From the NCBI RefSeq assembly GCF_000017305.1, contig NC_009664.2, positions 390,001 to 422,000 of the forward strand: a DNA stretch of 32,000 nucleotides, read 5' to 3'. The notes beneath the pieces were generated by a model that ran no database searches, had not been told where the DNA came from, and saw nothing but the letters and a program-made list of their open reading frames with translations. The stretch comes from Kineococcus radiotolerans SRS30216 = ATCC BAA-149. Its GTDB lineage: Bacteria; Actinomycetota; Actinomycetes; Actinomycetales; Kineococcaceae. The position numbers and the translations under genes were made by a program. The stretch's first letter is position 1; every line of letters starts with the position of its first letter. Below, one piece after another: positions 6,684-14,257 of this stretch.

Positions 6684-8819
6684 TCAGCTCCAGGTGAGGA
6701 CCAGCTGCGGGCGCAGGTTGCGGTCGGCGTTCTCGCTCGACCACAGCCACAGGCTGTCCGCCCCCAGGGCGTCGATCGCCACGGTCTGAGGCGTGCCCAG
6801 GACCGACGCGAGCGGAGCGGTGGCCAACGTCACGTCGTAGGACGAGTTCACCTTCGCGCCGGCCGCCACCTCGCCGAGGACCGCACCGGAGGCCGCGGGC
6901 CGGTTGTTCCAGTTCAGCTCCGCCACCCTGTAGGCGTTGGAGGCCAGCCGGACCCGGTGCGCGGCGGTGGAGGCCGCCATCGGGTCCGGCGCGGTGCGCA
7001 CCCGCAGGGTGGCACCGGTCAGCCGCTTGCCGGCCGGGGCCTTGGGCAGGTCGAAGCGCAGGTAGGCGCGCGCCCCGGGACCGGTGCGGGAGACCAGCAA
7101 CGGATCGCTGCCGTACTCCGTGGACGGGGCACCCTCGTTGGCGTAGGTGTCTGTGATCGGGAAGAGTACGGTCGATGTCGAGCTTGCCGGCTGGATGACC
7201 GGCGCCGGGGTGACCGGGACGGTCGGGCGCGGCGACGCGGGCACGGTCGGGACCGGGGCCGGGGCGCTGACCGGGATCGAGGAACCCTCGCGGCGGCTGG
7301 AGGCCGCGACGTAGTGCAGGTCCTGGACCGAGGGGGAGTTCGTCACGACCTGCGGGGAGGTGACGGCCGCGACCGTGCTGGAGCCGCGGGTGACGGCGGC
7401 GGAGACGGTGCCGGCCCCCAGCGGGACGACGCAGGTGTCGACACCGGCGTCCACCTGGCAGGTGTGCTTGGTGCTGCCGACGGTGACGGTGACGGTGCCG
7501 GGGGCGGTGAGGAACGTCAGCGCCTCGACGGTGTCCCGGGGCGCGGACCCGCCGCGGTGGCGCATCGTCTTGGTCTGCGGCGTCGTCTGCTTGGCCGAGA
7601 CGGACTGGGTGCGGTGGGTGACGTAGACGGTGTCGCGCTTGATGGTCGGTGTGGAACCGGTCTTGTACCAGGCGGTGTAGTAGGCGTTGATGTCCAGGAA
7701 GGACCAGCCCTGGCCGGCCGAGGGGCCGATGTGGGAACCCTCGACGTAGTCGTTCCAGGTCGGGATCTGCACCCAGTTCGCGCCGGAGTCGCGGGCGATG
7801 GCCCACGTGTTGCGCAGGTTCTGGGTGTTCTCGGCCTCGTCGTAGATGCCCTGGGTCGGGCGCTCGTCCTGCACCGAGACCGGCTGCATCCACTGCAGGC
7901 CGAGGCTCTGCACGTTCTTCGCCCGGGTCATCGGGGAGGACGACGGGGCGGGCGAGTTCCACGCGGGGTTGCGGTTGCCCCAGTTGGAGATGCCGTAGGA
8001 GATGGACTTGAAGGAGCTCAGGCTGGTGCGCTCGTCCAGGGACAGGGGGAAGAACGCGACCGGCATCCGGTGCTCGGACTTCATGACCGACAGGAAGGTG
8101 CCCCACCAGGAGGCGTTGCGGCTGTCGGCGTGGAACGGGGAGACGACCAGGCGGCCGTCGGCGAGGCGGTGCGCGGCGGAACTGCCGGCGAGGTCGGCGA
8201 CGGTGGCCGCGAGGCTCTGCGGCGTCGAGGAGGACGCGCCGGCGGTCATGTCGGGGACCAGCAGGATGCTGAACCCGCCCACGTTCTGGGCGGCCTGCAG
8301 CAGCAGCTTCTGGTTCTGGTACAGCGGGCTGCCCGGGTTGACCGAGAGCAGGTCCACGCTGAACCCGTCGATGCCGGCCGACTTCGCCTGGCGCACCTCG
8401 AGCTCGAAGTTCTTCAGCTTCCAGTCCGACCCGGACTGCTTGGCGACCGGCAGGGGGCGGTCGCGCAGGAAACCGCCGTAGGCGGCGTGCTTGCCGCCCT
8501 CGCCCCCGGGCTTCAGGTAGTTCCGGGCGTAGTAGTCGTTGGCGGGGTCCGCGTTGTCCAGCGACACCGGCAGGGACGGCATGTAGTGGGCGAAGACGAG
8601 CTTCCCCTGGGCCTTCGACGCCGAGGCAGAGGGCATGTCGAAGGGGAGGACGTCATTCGTGGTGAAGGCGCTGGCGCCGGGGCGTTCGGCGGCGTTCGCC
8701 GTGGTCGCGGTGAGCACCGGGACGAGCGTCGCGGTGCTGACCGCGGTCGCGCCGAGCAGGGCCGTGAGCCAGCGCCGGGTGCGGGTGGTGCCGGTGCGGA
8801 GCTGGGGGGACAGACGCAC
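6684..8819 (-). CDS. Secreted GH71-like endo-alpha-1,3-glucanase family glycoside hydrolase with a Pro/Thr linker and a C-terminal DNRLRE-type module
   Basis: 711-aa ORF. GTG 8819 is preceded by GGAGGAA at 5-nt spacing. The signal is Tat-like (TRTRRWLTALLG...ANA-AE). GH71-like blocks are KLVFAHYMP, AKSAGIDGFSVDLL and IPTWNDYVEGSHIGP. The linker is PVSAPAPVPTVPASPRPTVPVTPAPV. The C-terminal about 160 aa carry TDTYANEGAP...AYLRFDLP...RPQLVLTWS. Confidence 0.7.
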   Translation of the reverse strand: MRLSPQLRTGTTRTRRWLTALLGATAVSTATLVPVLTATTANAAERPGASAFTTNDVLPFDMPSASASKAQGKLVFAHYMPSLPVSLDNADPANDYYARNYLKPGGEGGKHAAYGGFLRDRPLPVAKQSGSDWKLKNFELEVRQAKSAGIDGFSVDLLSVNPGSPLYQNQKLLLQAAQNVGGFSILLVPDMTAGASSSTPQSLAATVADLAGSSAAHRLADGRLVVSPFHADSRNASWWGTFLSVMKSEHRMPVAFFPLSLDERTSLSSFKSISYGISNWGNRNPAWNSPAPSSSPMTRAKNVQSLGLQWMQPVSVQDERPTQGIYDEAENTQNLRNTWAIARDSGANWVQIPTWNDYVEGSHIGPSAGQGWSFLDINAYYTAWYKTGSTPTIKRDTVYVTHRTQSVSAKQTTPQTKTMRHRGGSAPRDTVEALTFLTAPGTVTVTVGSTKHTCQVDAGVDTCVVPLGAGTVSAAVTRGSSTVAAVTSPQVVTNSPSVQDLHYVAASSRREGSSIPVSAPAPVPTVPASPRPTVPVTPAPVIQPASSTSTVLFPITDTYANEGAPSTEYGSDPLLVSRTGPGARAYLRFDLPKAPAGKRLTGATLRVRTAPDPMAASTAAHRVRLASNAYRVAELNWNNRPAASGAVLGEVAAGAKVNSSYDVTLATAPLASVLGTPQTVAIDALGADSLWLWSSENADRNLRPQLVLTWS

Positions 8820-8914
8820 TGGGTTCCTCCGGGGATGTGTAACGAGTCTCTGACCGTTCGCGATGTGTGGTGTGCTGACCAGAGCTTCGGCGTCAACCGG
8901 GGGGCACTTGACCT

Positions 8915-9002
8915 GCCGAACGGGTGCGACTGCGCGTAGCGGTCGGTGAGGTCGCCCCGCCCCTCACGGGGTCCGGACGGTTCCGGCTGGGCCGAACGGG
9001 TG
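8915..9002. repeat. Two perfect copies of the 12-mer GCCGAACGGGTG in the GT4-stop/GH71-start intergenic region
   Basis: gccgaacgggtg occurs at 8915-8926 and at 8991-9002, 76 bp apart, in direct orientation. Each contains the short dyad CCG-aa-CGG. Both lie upstream (minus-strand sense) of the GH71 start at 8819. Confidence 0.6.
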
Positions 9003-9013
9003 AGCGTCGTCGC

Positions 9014-10135
9014 TCAGCGTCGGGAAACGGCGTCCGCGTAGATCGTCTCCAGCCGCGCCGCGACCGGATCCATCGAGAACTGCGACTGTGACGTTCGCCA
9101 CGCCGCGGCGCCCGCCCGGGCCAGGGCACCGTCGCGGGTCAGCAGGTCGCGGACGGCGGGCAGCAGGTCGGCGGGCTCCGGTCCGACCACCGCACCGGCC
9201 CCGGCCGCCGCGACCGCCGGGGCCAGCCCGCAGTCCTCCACCACGAGAACCGCGCGCCCCATCGCCATCGCCTCGAGCACCGCGACCGGGAACGGCTCGG
9301 CGAGGGAGGGCAGCACCACGAGGGAGGCGCGGGCCAGCCGGGCGGCGACCTCCCCGGGCGCCAGCGCGCCCTCCCAGCGCAGCCGGGGGTCGCCCGCGGC
9401 CTCGACGACCGCGCGCACCGCGCCGCCCTCCCCCTCGTCCGGGCCGACGAGGGCGAAGTCGGCGTCGATCCCCGCGGCCAGCAGCGCCGCGGCGGTGCGG
9501 GCGAAGAGGACCGGGCGCTTGCGGGCCGCGAGGCGGCCCAGGAACAGGACGCCGGGCCGCGCCGGGAGCGGCGGGGGGACGGCGACGGGCGGGATGCCGT
9601 TCGGCAGCCGCCGCCATCCCGGGGCGGGGGGCACCAGCCGCCCCAGCCCGGCCTCCTCCGCGGGGGTCAGGTGCAGCACGGCCGAGGCCCCCCGCAGCAC
9701 GGGCCGGGTCAGGACGAGGTCCAGCGGCCGGGCCAGCGGGTTGGCGGTGGGGACGACCATGCCGTGCGGCTGGACGACGAGCGGGACCCCGGCGGCCAGC
9801 GCGAGCCGCGCGGCGGGGAGGGTCACGAGGTCGCGGGCGAGGTGGACGTGCACGACGTCGGCCCAGCGCAGCGCGCGGCGGACGTCGGCCAGCAGCCGGG
9901 GCGAGGTCAGCCCGCTGAAGCCCGCGCCCGGCAGCAGGCGCCGCAGCCGGTGCGCGCGCAGCGGGGTGCCGCCGAGGTCGCCGGGCGGCTCGCCGGCGTA
10001 GCCCAGCGCCCCGGCCACCGCGCGCACGTCGTGGCCGCGGGCCCGCAGGGCCGCGCCCTGGTGGGTGGCGACGGCGACGGGCCCGCCGAAGGCGCCGTCG
10101 GGCGAGACGAGCGTGACGACGTGCAGGACGCGCAC
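9014..10135 (-). CDS. Glycosyltransferase family 4 (GT-B, Glycos_transf_1 type)
   Basis: The track ORF starts at GTG 10168. The in-frame GTG 10135 gives the typical GT4 N-terminus VRVLHVVTLVSPDGAFGG and sits 4 nt after the upstream stop. The C-terminal half carries the GT4 LVVLPSLAEPFPVAVLEAMAMGRAVL (E-x7-E-like) block. Confidence 0.8.
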   Translation of the reverse strand: MRVLHVVTLVSPDGAFGGPVAVATHQGAALRARGHDVRAVAGALGYAGEPPGDLGGTPLRAHRLRRLLPGAGFSGLTSPRLLADVRRALRWADVVHVHLARDLVTLPAARLALAAGVPLVVQPHGMVVPTANPLARPLDLVLTRPVLRGASAVLHLTPAEEAGLGRLVPPAPGWRRLPNGIPPVAVPPPLPARPGVLFLGRLAARKRPVLFARTAAALLAAGIDADFALVGPDEGEGGAVRAVVEAAGDPRLRWEGALAPGEVAARLARASLVVLPSLAEPFPVAVLEAMAMGRAVLVVEDCGLAPAVAAAGAGAVVGPEPADLLPAVRDLLTRDGALARAGAAAWRTSQSQFSMDPVAARLETIYADAVSRR

Positions 10136-10139
10136 CGGC

Positions 10140-10730
10140 TCAGCCGTTCCGCGGGCGCTCGCCCGCACCGGTGGGCCAGGTGGCCGCCGGCGCCAGCACG
10201 GTGGCGCCGGCGGGGACGTCGCGCACCACGAGGGCGCAGGCGCCGACCACGGCGTCGGCCCCGACGGTCACCCCGCGCAGCACCGTGGCCTGGGCCGCGA
10301 TCCAGGCCCCGTCCTGCACGGTGATGGGGGCGTTGTCGAACTCGAACGTGGGTGAGCGGCGGTCGTGGCTGCCGGTGCAGAGCAGCACCCCCTGGGAGAG
10401 GCAGACGTCGTCGCCGAGCACGACGGGTTCGAGGTTGAGCAGCCAGGTGTCCTGCCCGATCCAGCTGGAGTTCCCCACCGTCAGCTTCCACGGCCAGTGC
10501 ACCCGCACCCCGTGCCGGACGAGGACCCCCGTCCCGATGCGGGCCCCGAAGGCCCGCAGCAGGGCGACGCGCAGCGCGGCGGGGCACCACCAGCGGACCA
10601 CCACCAGACCGGAGACCAGCTGCCAGGCCACCTGCCAGAGCGGGCCGCGGCCCTTGTCGTAGCCGGCGCCGGTGAACCCGGCCAGGCTGCGCCGGGGCGG
10701 GTGGGTCCCCTCGGCGCCCCGCGGCGTCAA
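10140..10730 (-). CDS. WcaF-like (colanic-acid-type) hexapeptide-repeat O-acetyltransferase
   Basis: This is the C-terminal 196 aa of a 526-aa track ORF. It carries LLRAFGARIGTGVLVRHGVRVHWPWKLTVGNSSWIGQ...LCTGSHD...ITVQDGAWIAAQATVLRGVTVGADAVVGA. The start is TTG 10730-10728, overlapping the fcl stop (TTGA). Confidence 0.75.
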   Translation of the reverse strand: MTPRGAEGTHPPRRSLAGFTGAGYDKGRGPLWQVAWQLVSGLVVVRWWCPAALRVALLRAFGARIGTGVLVRHGVRVHWPWKLTVGNSSWIGQDTWLLNLEPVVLGDDVCLSQGVLLCTGSHDRRSPTFEFDNAPITVQDGAWIAAQATVLRGVTVGADAVVGACALVVRDVPAGATVLAPAATWPTGAGERPRNG

Positions 10731-11704
10731 ACCGCCGGCTCCAGGGCTCGCAGGTACCAGTCGAAGGTGTCCCGCACCCCGTCGGCGAGGCCGGTGCGGG
10801 CGCTCCAGCCGAGGTCGCGCAACCGCGAGACGTCGAGGAGCTTGCGGGGGGTCCCGTCGGGCTTGGTCGCGTCCCACTCGATGCGGCCGCGGTAGCCCGC
10901 GATCCCCGCGACGAGCTCGGCGAGTTCGCGGACGGTGACGTCCGTCCCGGTCCCGACGTTGACGGGGGCGGGGTCGTCGTAGTGGCGCAGGAGGAACAGG
11001 CAGGCCTCGGCGAGGTCGTCGACGTGGAGGAACTCCCGGCGCGGAGTGCCGCTGCCCCAGCAGGTCACGACCGGCGCCTCGTCGCGGGCCGCCTCGTGGA
11101 AGCGGCGCAGCATGGCGGGCAGGACGTGGGAGGCCTCGGGGTCGAAGTTGTCGTGGGGCCCGTAGAGGTTGGTGGGCATGGCCGAGATCCAGGGCAGCCC
11201 GTGCTGGCGGCGCACCGCCTGCACCTGCAGGATCCCGGCGATCTTGGCGATGGCGTAGGCGTCGTTGGTGGGTTCCAGGGCGCCGGTGAGCAGGGAGTCC
11301 TCGCGGATGGGCTGCTCGGCGAACTTGGGGTAGATGCAGGAGGAGCCCAGCAGCAGCAGCCGCGGGGTACCGACCCGCGCGGCGGCGTCCATGACGTTGA
11401 CCTGGATGCGCAGGTTGTCGGAGAGGAACTGGGCGGGGTAGGTGGAGTTGGCCCCGATCCCCCCGACCCTGGCCGCGGCGAGGACGACCACGTCGGGGCG
11501 CACCTCGTCGAAGAACCGCTCGACGGGGGCGCGCTCGCGCAGGTCGAGCTCGGTGGAGGTGCGCGTCACGACGTCGCGGAAGCCCTCGGCCGCCAGCCGC
11601 CGACAGACCGCCGAGCCCACGAGGCCGCGGTGCCCGGCGACGTACACCCTGGCTCCCGGGTCCAGGTCCAGGTCCCGCCGAACGGGCTCTCGCGAGGCCT
11701 CCAT
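10727..11704 (-). CDS. fcl: GDP-L-fucose synthase (GDP-4-keto-6-deoxy-D-mannose 3,5-epimerase/4-reductase)
   Basis: It has the Rossmann motif VYVAGHRGLVGSA, then GSSCIYPK, and the YAIAKIAG (YxxxK) motif. It resembles Fcl/WcaG throughout. I prefer ATG 11704 (MEASREP..., 325 aa) over the track start 11749. Confidence 0.85.
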   Translation of the reverse strand: MEASREPVRRDLDLDPGARVYVAGHRGLVGSAVCRRLAAEGFRDVVTRTSTELDLRERAPVERFFDEVRPDVVVLAAARVGGIGANSTYPAQFLSDNLRIQVNVMDAAARVGTPRLLLLGSSCIYPKFAEQPIREDSLLTGALEPTNDAYAIAKIAGILQVQAVRRQHGLPWISAMPTNLYGPHDNFDPEASHVLPAMLRRFHEAARDEAPVVTCWGSGTPRREFLHVDDLAEACLFLLRHYDDPAPVNVGTGTDVTVRELAELVAGIAGYRGRIEWDATKPDGTPRKLLDVSRLRDLGWSARTGLADGVRDTFDWYLRALEPAV

Positions 11705-11807
11705 GCGACAGAAGGTACATGGCCGGTCACCCAGGTGGCAGACAGGCACCCGATTGAGCTGGTTGTATGTTCACTACGAGTAACCATGGTGTTCACGGGG
11801 GGCGACG
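11705..11807. promoter_or_regulatory. Divergent fcl/gmd intergenic region (promoters expected) with a 7-nt direct repeat TGTTCAC x2
   Basis: This 103 bp is visibly less G+C-rich than the flanks. tgttcac occurs at 11768-11774 and 11790-11796 (22-bp register). The second copy extends to GTTCACGG (11791-11798), 9 nt before the gmd GTG. I could not fit a convincing -35/-10 pair. Confidence 0.4.
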
Positions 11808-12800
11808 GTGCGGAAGACGGCACTCATCACGGGCATCACCGGCCAGGACGGGTCGTACCTGGCCGAGCTGCTGCTGGAGAAGGGCTACGAGGTTCACGGG
11901 CTGATCCGGCGGTCGTCGTCGTTCAACACGACGCGGATCGACCACCTCTACCAGGACCCGCACGACCCGCACGCCCGGTTCTTCCTGCACTACGGGGACC
12001 TCACCGACGGCAGCCGGATGGTGACCCTGCTCGACGACATCCGGCCCGACGAGGTCTACCACCTGGCCGCGCAGTCGCACGTGCGGGTCAGCTTCGACGA
12101 ACCCGAGTTCACCGGGGACACCACCGGTCTCGGCACCACGCGCATCCTCGAGGCCATCCGGATGATCGGGCTTCAGTGCCGGTTCTACCAGGCGTCGAGC
12201 TCGGAGATGTTCGGGGCGACCCCTCCCCCCCAGTCGGAGACGACGCCCTTCCACCCCCGCAGCCCCTACGGGGCCGCGAAGGTCTACGGCTACTGGATGA
12301 CCCGCAACTACCGCGAGGCGTACGGCATGTTCGCCGTCAACGGGATCCTCTTCAACCACGAGTCCCCGCGCCGCGGCGAGACGTTCGTCACCCGCAAGAT
12401 CGCCGCGGCCGCCGCCCGGATCGCCGCCGGCAAGCAGGAGACGCTGTACCTGGGGAACCTCGACGCCGTGCGCGACTGGGGTTACGCCAAGGAGTACGTC
12501 GAGGGCATGTGGCGGATGCTGCAGCAGGACGAGGCCAGCGACTACGTCCTGGCCACCGGGGTCGGGACGACCGTGCGGGAGTTCACCCAGGACTGCTTCG
12601 AGTCCGTCGGCCTCGACTGGCGCGACCACGTCGCCCACGACGAGCGCTACGTGCGGCCCGCCGAGGTCGACGCGCTGATCGGCGACGCCTCGAAGGCGCG
12701 GCGGGAGCTGGGCTGGACCGCTACCGTGCAGGCGAGCGAGCTCGCCCGGTTGATGACCGAGGCCGAGCGGCGCGCCCTGCTGTCGTCCACCAGCCGCTAG
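11808..12800 (+). CDS. gmd: GDP-mannose 4,6-dehydratase
   Basis: 330-aa ORF with a GTG start. It carries [39 protein letters not shown] and [10 protein letters not shown], all classic Gmd blocks. Confidence 0.9.
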   Translation: MRKTALITGITGQDGSYLAELLLEKGYEVHGLIRRSSSFNTTRIDHLYQDPHDPHARFFLHYGDLTDGSRMVTLLDDIRPDEVYHLAAQSHVRVSFDEPEFTGDTTGLGTTRILEAIRMIGLQCRFYQASSSEMFGATPPPQSETTPFHPRSPYGAAKVYGYWMTRNYREAYGMFAVNGILFNHESPRRGETFVTRKIAAAAARIAAGKQETLYLGNLDAVRDWGYAKEYVEGMWRMLQQDEASDYVLATGVGTTVREFTQDCFESVGLDWRDHVAHDERYVRPAEVDALIGDASKARRELGWTATVQASELARLMTEAERRALLSSTSR

Positions 12801-12814
12801 GAACGAGGACCCGG

Positions 12815-14221
12815 ATGCCCGGTACTTCCCCGAGCACCCGACCCCACTCCGCCGCACCCGTGCGGACGGACTCCTCGACGGCGGCGGTGGGGACCGGGGT
12901 CGCGGTGGTGCTGGGCGCCGTCGTCCCGCTGCTCGTCCTGGGCCACACGCCGGACCCGGGAGCGGCGGACACGTTGTGGCGCTGGGCCTTCGCCTTCGCC
13001 GTCGTCGTGGGGGCCCGGCTGGGGTGGCTCGTGGTCGCCGGTCCGCGACGGCTGTTCGAGGTGGTCTTCTGGATCTTCGTCTACGTGTTCCTCGCCCTCG
13101 CCCCGCTGGTGCAGCTGCGGTCGGGGCAGCACCCCGGCACCACCCCCCGCCCGCACGTGGAGCTGCACGGCACGGCCCTGCTCGCCGTGGTCGCCGGGAC
13201 GGCGGCCGTCGCGGTGGGCGTCGCGGTCGGGCGGCGCCGGCGGGCGCCCGCGGTGCTCGGCGACGTCCCCCCGCGCCGGGCCGCCCTGCTGGCCGTGGCC
13301 GCGCTGCTGCTGTTCGGCTACTACACCTGGAAGACCGGGCTGCCGGCCATGTTCGCCGCCCGCGACGCCCGCAGCGCCGCCGCCCTGCAGGCCTGGCCCG
13401 ACCCCGCGGTGAACGCCGTCGTGCGGTCGCTGGCCACCTTCCCCCTGGTGGTGGCGTTCGTGGCGCTGGTGCGGGTCCCCGCCCGCCGGGGGCTGCTGCT
13501 GCTGGTCGCGGTGGCCGTCGTCGTCTCGATGAACCCGATCTCCAGTCCCCGCTACGTCGCCGGGACCGCCGCGCTGTCGGTGGCGGTGGCGCTGGGGGCG
13601 ATGGCCACGACGGCGCGGGCGCGGGCCTTCGGGCTGGGTTTCGTGGCCGCGCTGCTGCTGCTCTACCCCGTCGCTGACGCCGCCCGCCGCGTCGTCGCCG
13701 AGGTCGACACCCGCGGGGGGTTGCCGCCAGCGCTGGACGCCATGACTTCCGGGGACTTCGACGCGTTCGAGCAGATCACCAACGCCGTCTGGTACGTGCA
13801 GGACTTGGGCTCCACCGGCGGGCGGCAACTGCTGGGCACGGTGCTGTTCTGGGTGCCCCGAGCCCTCTGGCCAGGCAAGCCGACCGACACCGGGATCCTG
13901 CTGGCCGACGCCCGCGAGTACCGCTTCGACAACCTCTCCGCCCCCCTGTGGGCCGAACTGCTGGTCAACGGGGGTTTCCTGCTGCTCGTCGCGGGCATGC
14001 TCGTGCTCGGCTACGTCATCGCCCGCGTCGACGCCGGCGCGGACCTGGGGTTCCGCAGCGGCCGCCGGCCGGTGCTCGCGGTGATCCTGCCGTTCTACTT
14101 CGTCATCCTGCTGCGCGGTTCCCTGCTGCAGGCCATGGCGGGGCTCGTCGTGCTCCTGGCCTGCGGGCTGTTCGTGGAACGCCCCTGCCGGGCGGGGAGC
14201 CCGGGCCGGCACCTGCGCTGA
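12815..14221 (+). CDS. wzy: Polytopic membrane protein, oligosaccharide repeat-unit (O-antigen) polymerase Wzy-like
   Basis: This is the last 468 aa of a 1079-aa track ORF. ATG 12815 is preceded by GAGGA (12805-12809). It has about 10-12 hydrophobic helices and a loop, GRQLLGTVLFWVPRALWPGKP, typical of repeat-unit polymerases. It follows gmd by 14 nt. Confidence 0.6.
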   Translation: MPGTSPSTRPHSAAPVRTDSSTAAVGTGVAVVLGAVVPLLVLGHTPDPGAADTLWRWAFAFAVVVGARLGWLVVAGPRRLFEVVFWIFVYVFLALAPLVQLRSGQHPGTTPRPHVELHGTALLAVVAGTAAVAVGVAVGRRRRAPAVLGDVPPRRAALLAVAALLLFGYYTWKTGLPAMFAARDARSAAALQAWPDPAVNAVVRSLATFPLVVAFVALVRVPARRGLLLLVAVAVVVSMNPISSPRYVAGTAALSVAVALGAMATTARARAFGLGFVAALLLLYPVADAARRVVAEVDTRGGLPPALDAMTSGDFDAFEQITNAVWYVQDLGSTGGRQLLGTVLFWVPRALWPGKPTDTGILLADAREYRFDNLSAPLWAELLVNGGFLLLVAGMLVLGYVIARVDAGADLGFRSGRRPVLAVILPFYFVILLRGSLLQAMAGLVVLLACGLFVERPCRAGSPGRHLR

Positions 14222-14257
14222 GGTGCCGGCCCGGTCTCGCAGGCCCCGGCGCTCAGC
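14217..14257. terminator. Imperfect hairpin spanning both convergent stop codons (wzy TGA 14219-14221; secreted-protein TCA 14253-14255)
   Basis: gctgag (14217-14222) pairs with ctcagc (14252-14257). gccgg (14225-14229) pairs with ccggc (14246-14250). That gives 11 bp with a small internal bulge and a 16-nt loop. Confidence 0.45.

Noticed and set aside
6667-8939. 479-aa (-) and 660-aa (+) ORFs overlapping the GH71 gene.
   Set aside because: They are Arg/Pro/Gly/His-rich translations without motifs. The 711-aa frame has a signal peptide, a Shine-Dalgarno sequence and GH71-like blocks.
8820-9013. Scan of the longer, less G+C-rich intergenic gaps for tRNA, riboswitch or small-RNA genes. The gaps scanned were 8820-9013, 11705-11807, 23149-23253, 24100-24232 and 26349-26425.
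   Set aside because: I found no cloverleaf-compatible arms or known riboswitch cores. Only short hairpins turned up (for example tgagcg/cgctca at 9001-9016 and ccgga/tccgg at 8972-8985), and these are too weak to call individually.
10982-12814. N-terminal 611 codons of the 1079-aa plus-strand ORF that ends as the Wzy-like protein.
   Set aside because: This part is antisense to fcl and out of frame with gmd, both of which are unambiguous. The membrane protein starts plausibly at ATG 12815 with a GAGGA Shine-Dalgarno sequence. The same logic was used to trim these track ORFs: 3351-4931, 10140-11720, 17279-18577, 18869-20866, 21161-22858, 24648-26348, 25250-27529 and 14253-17384.
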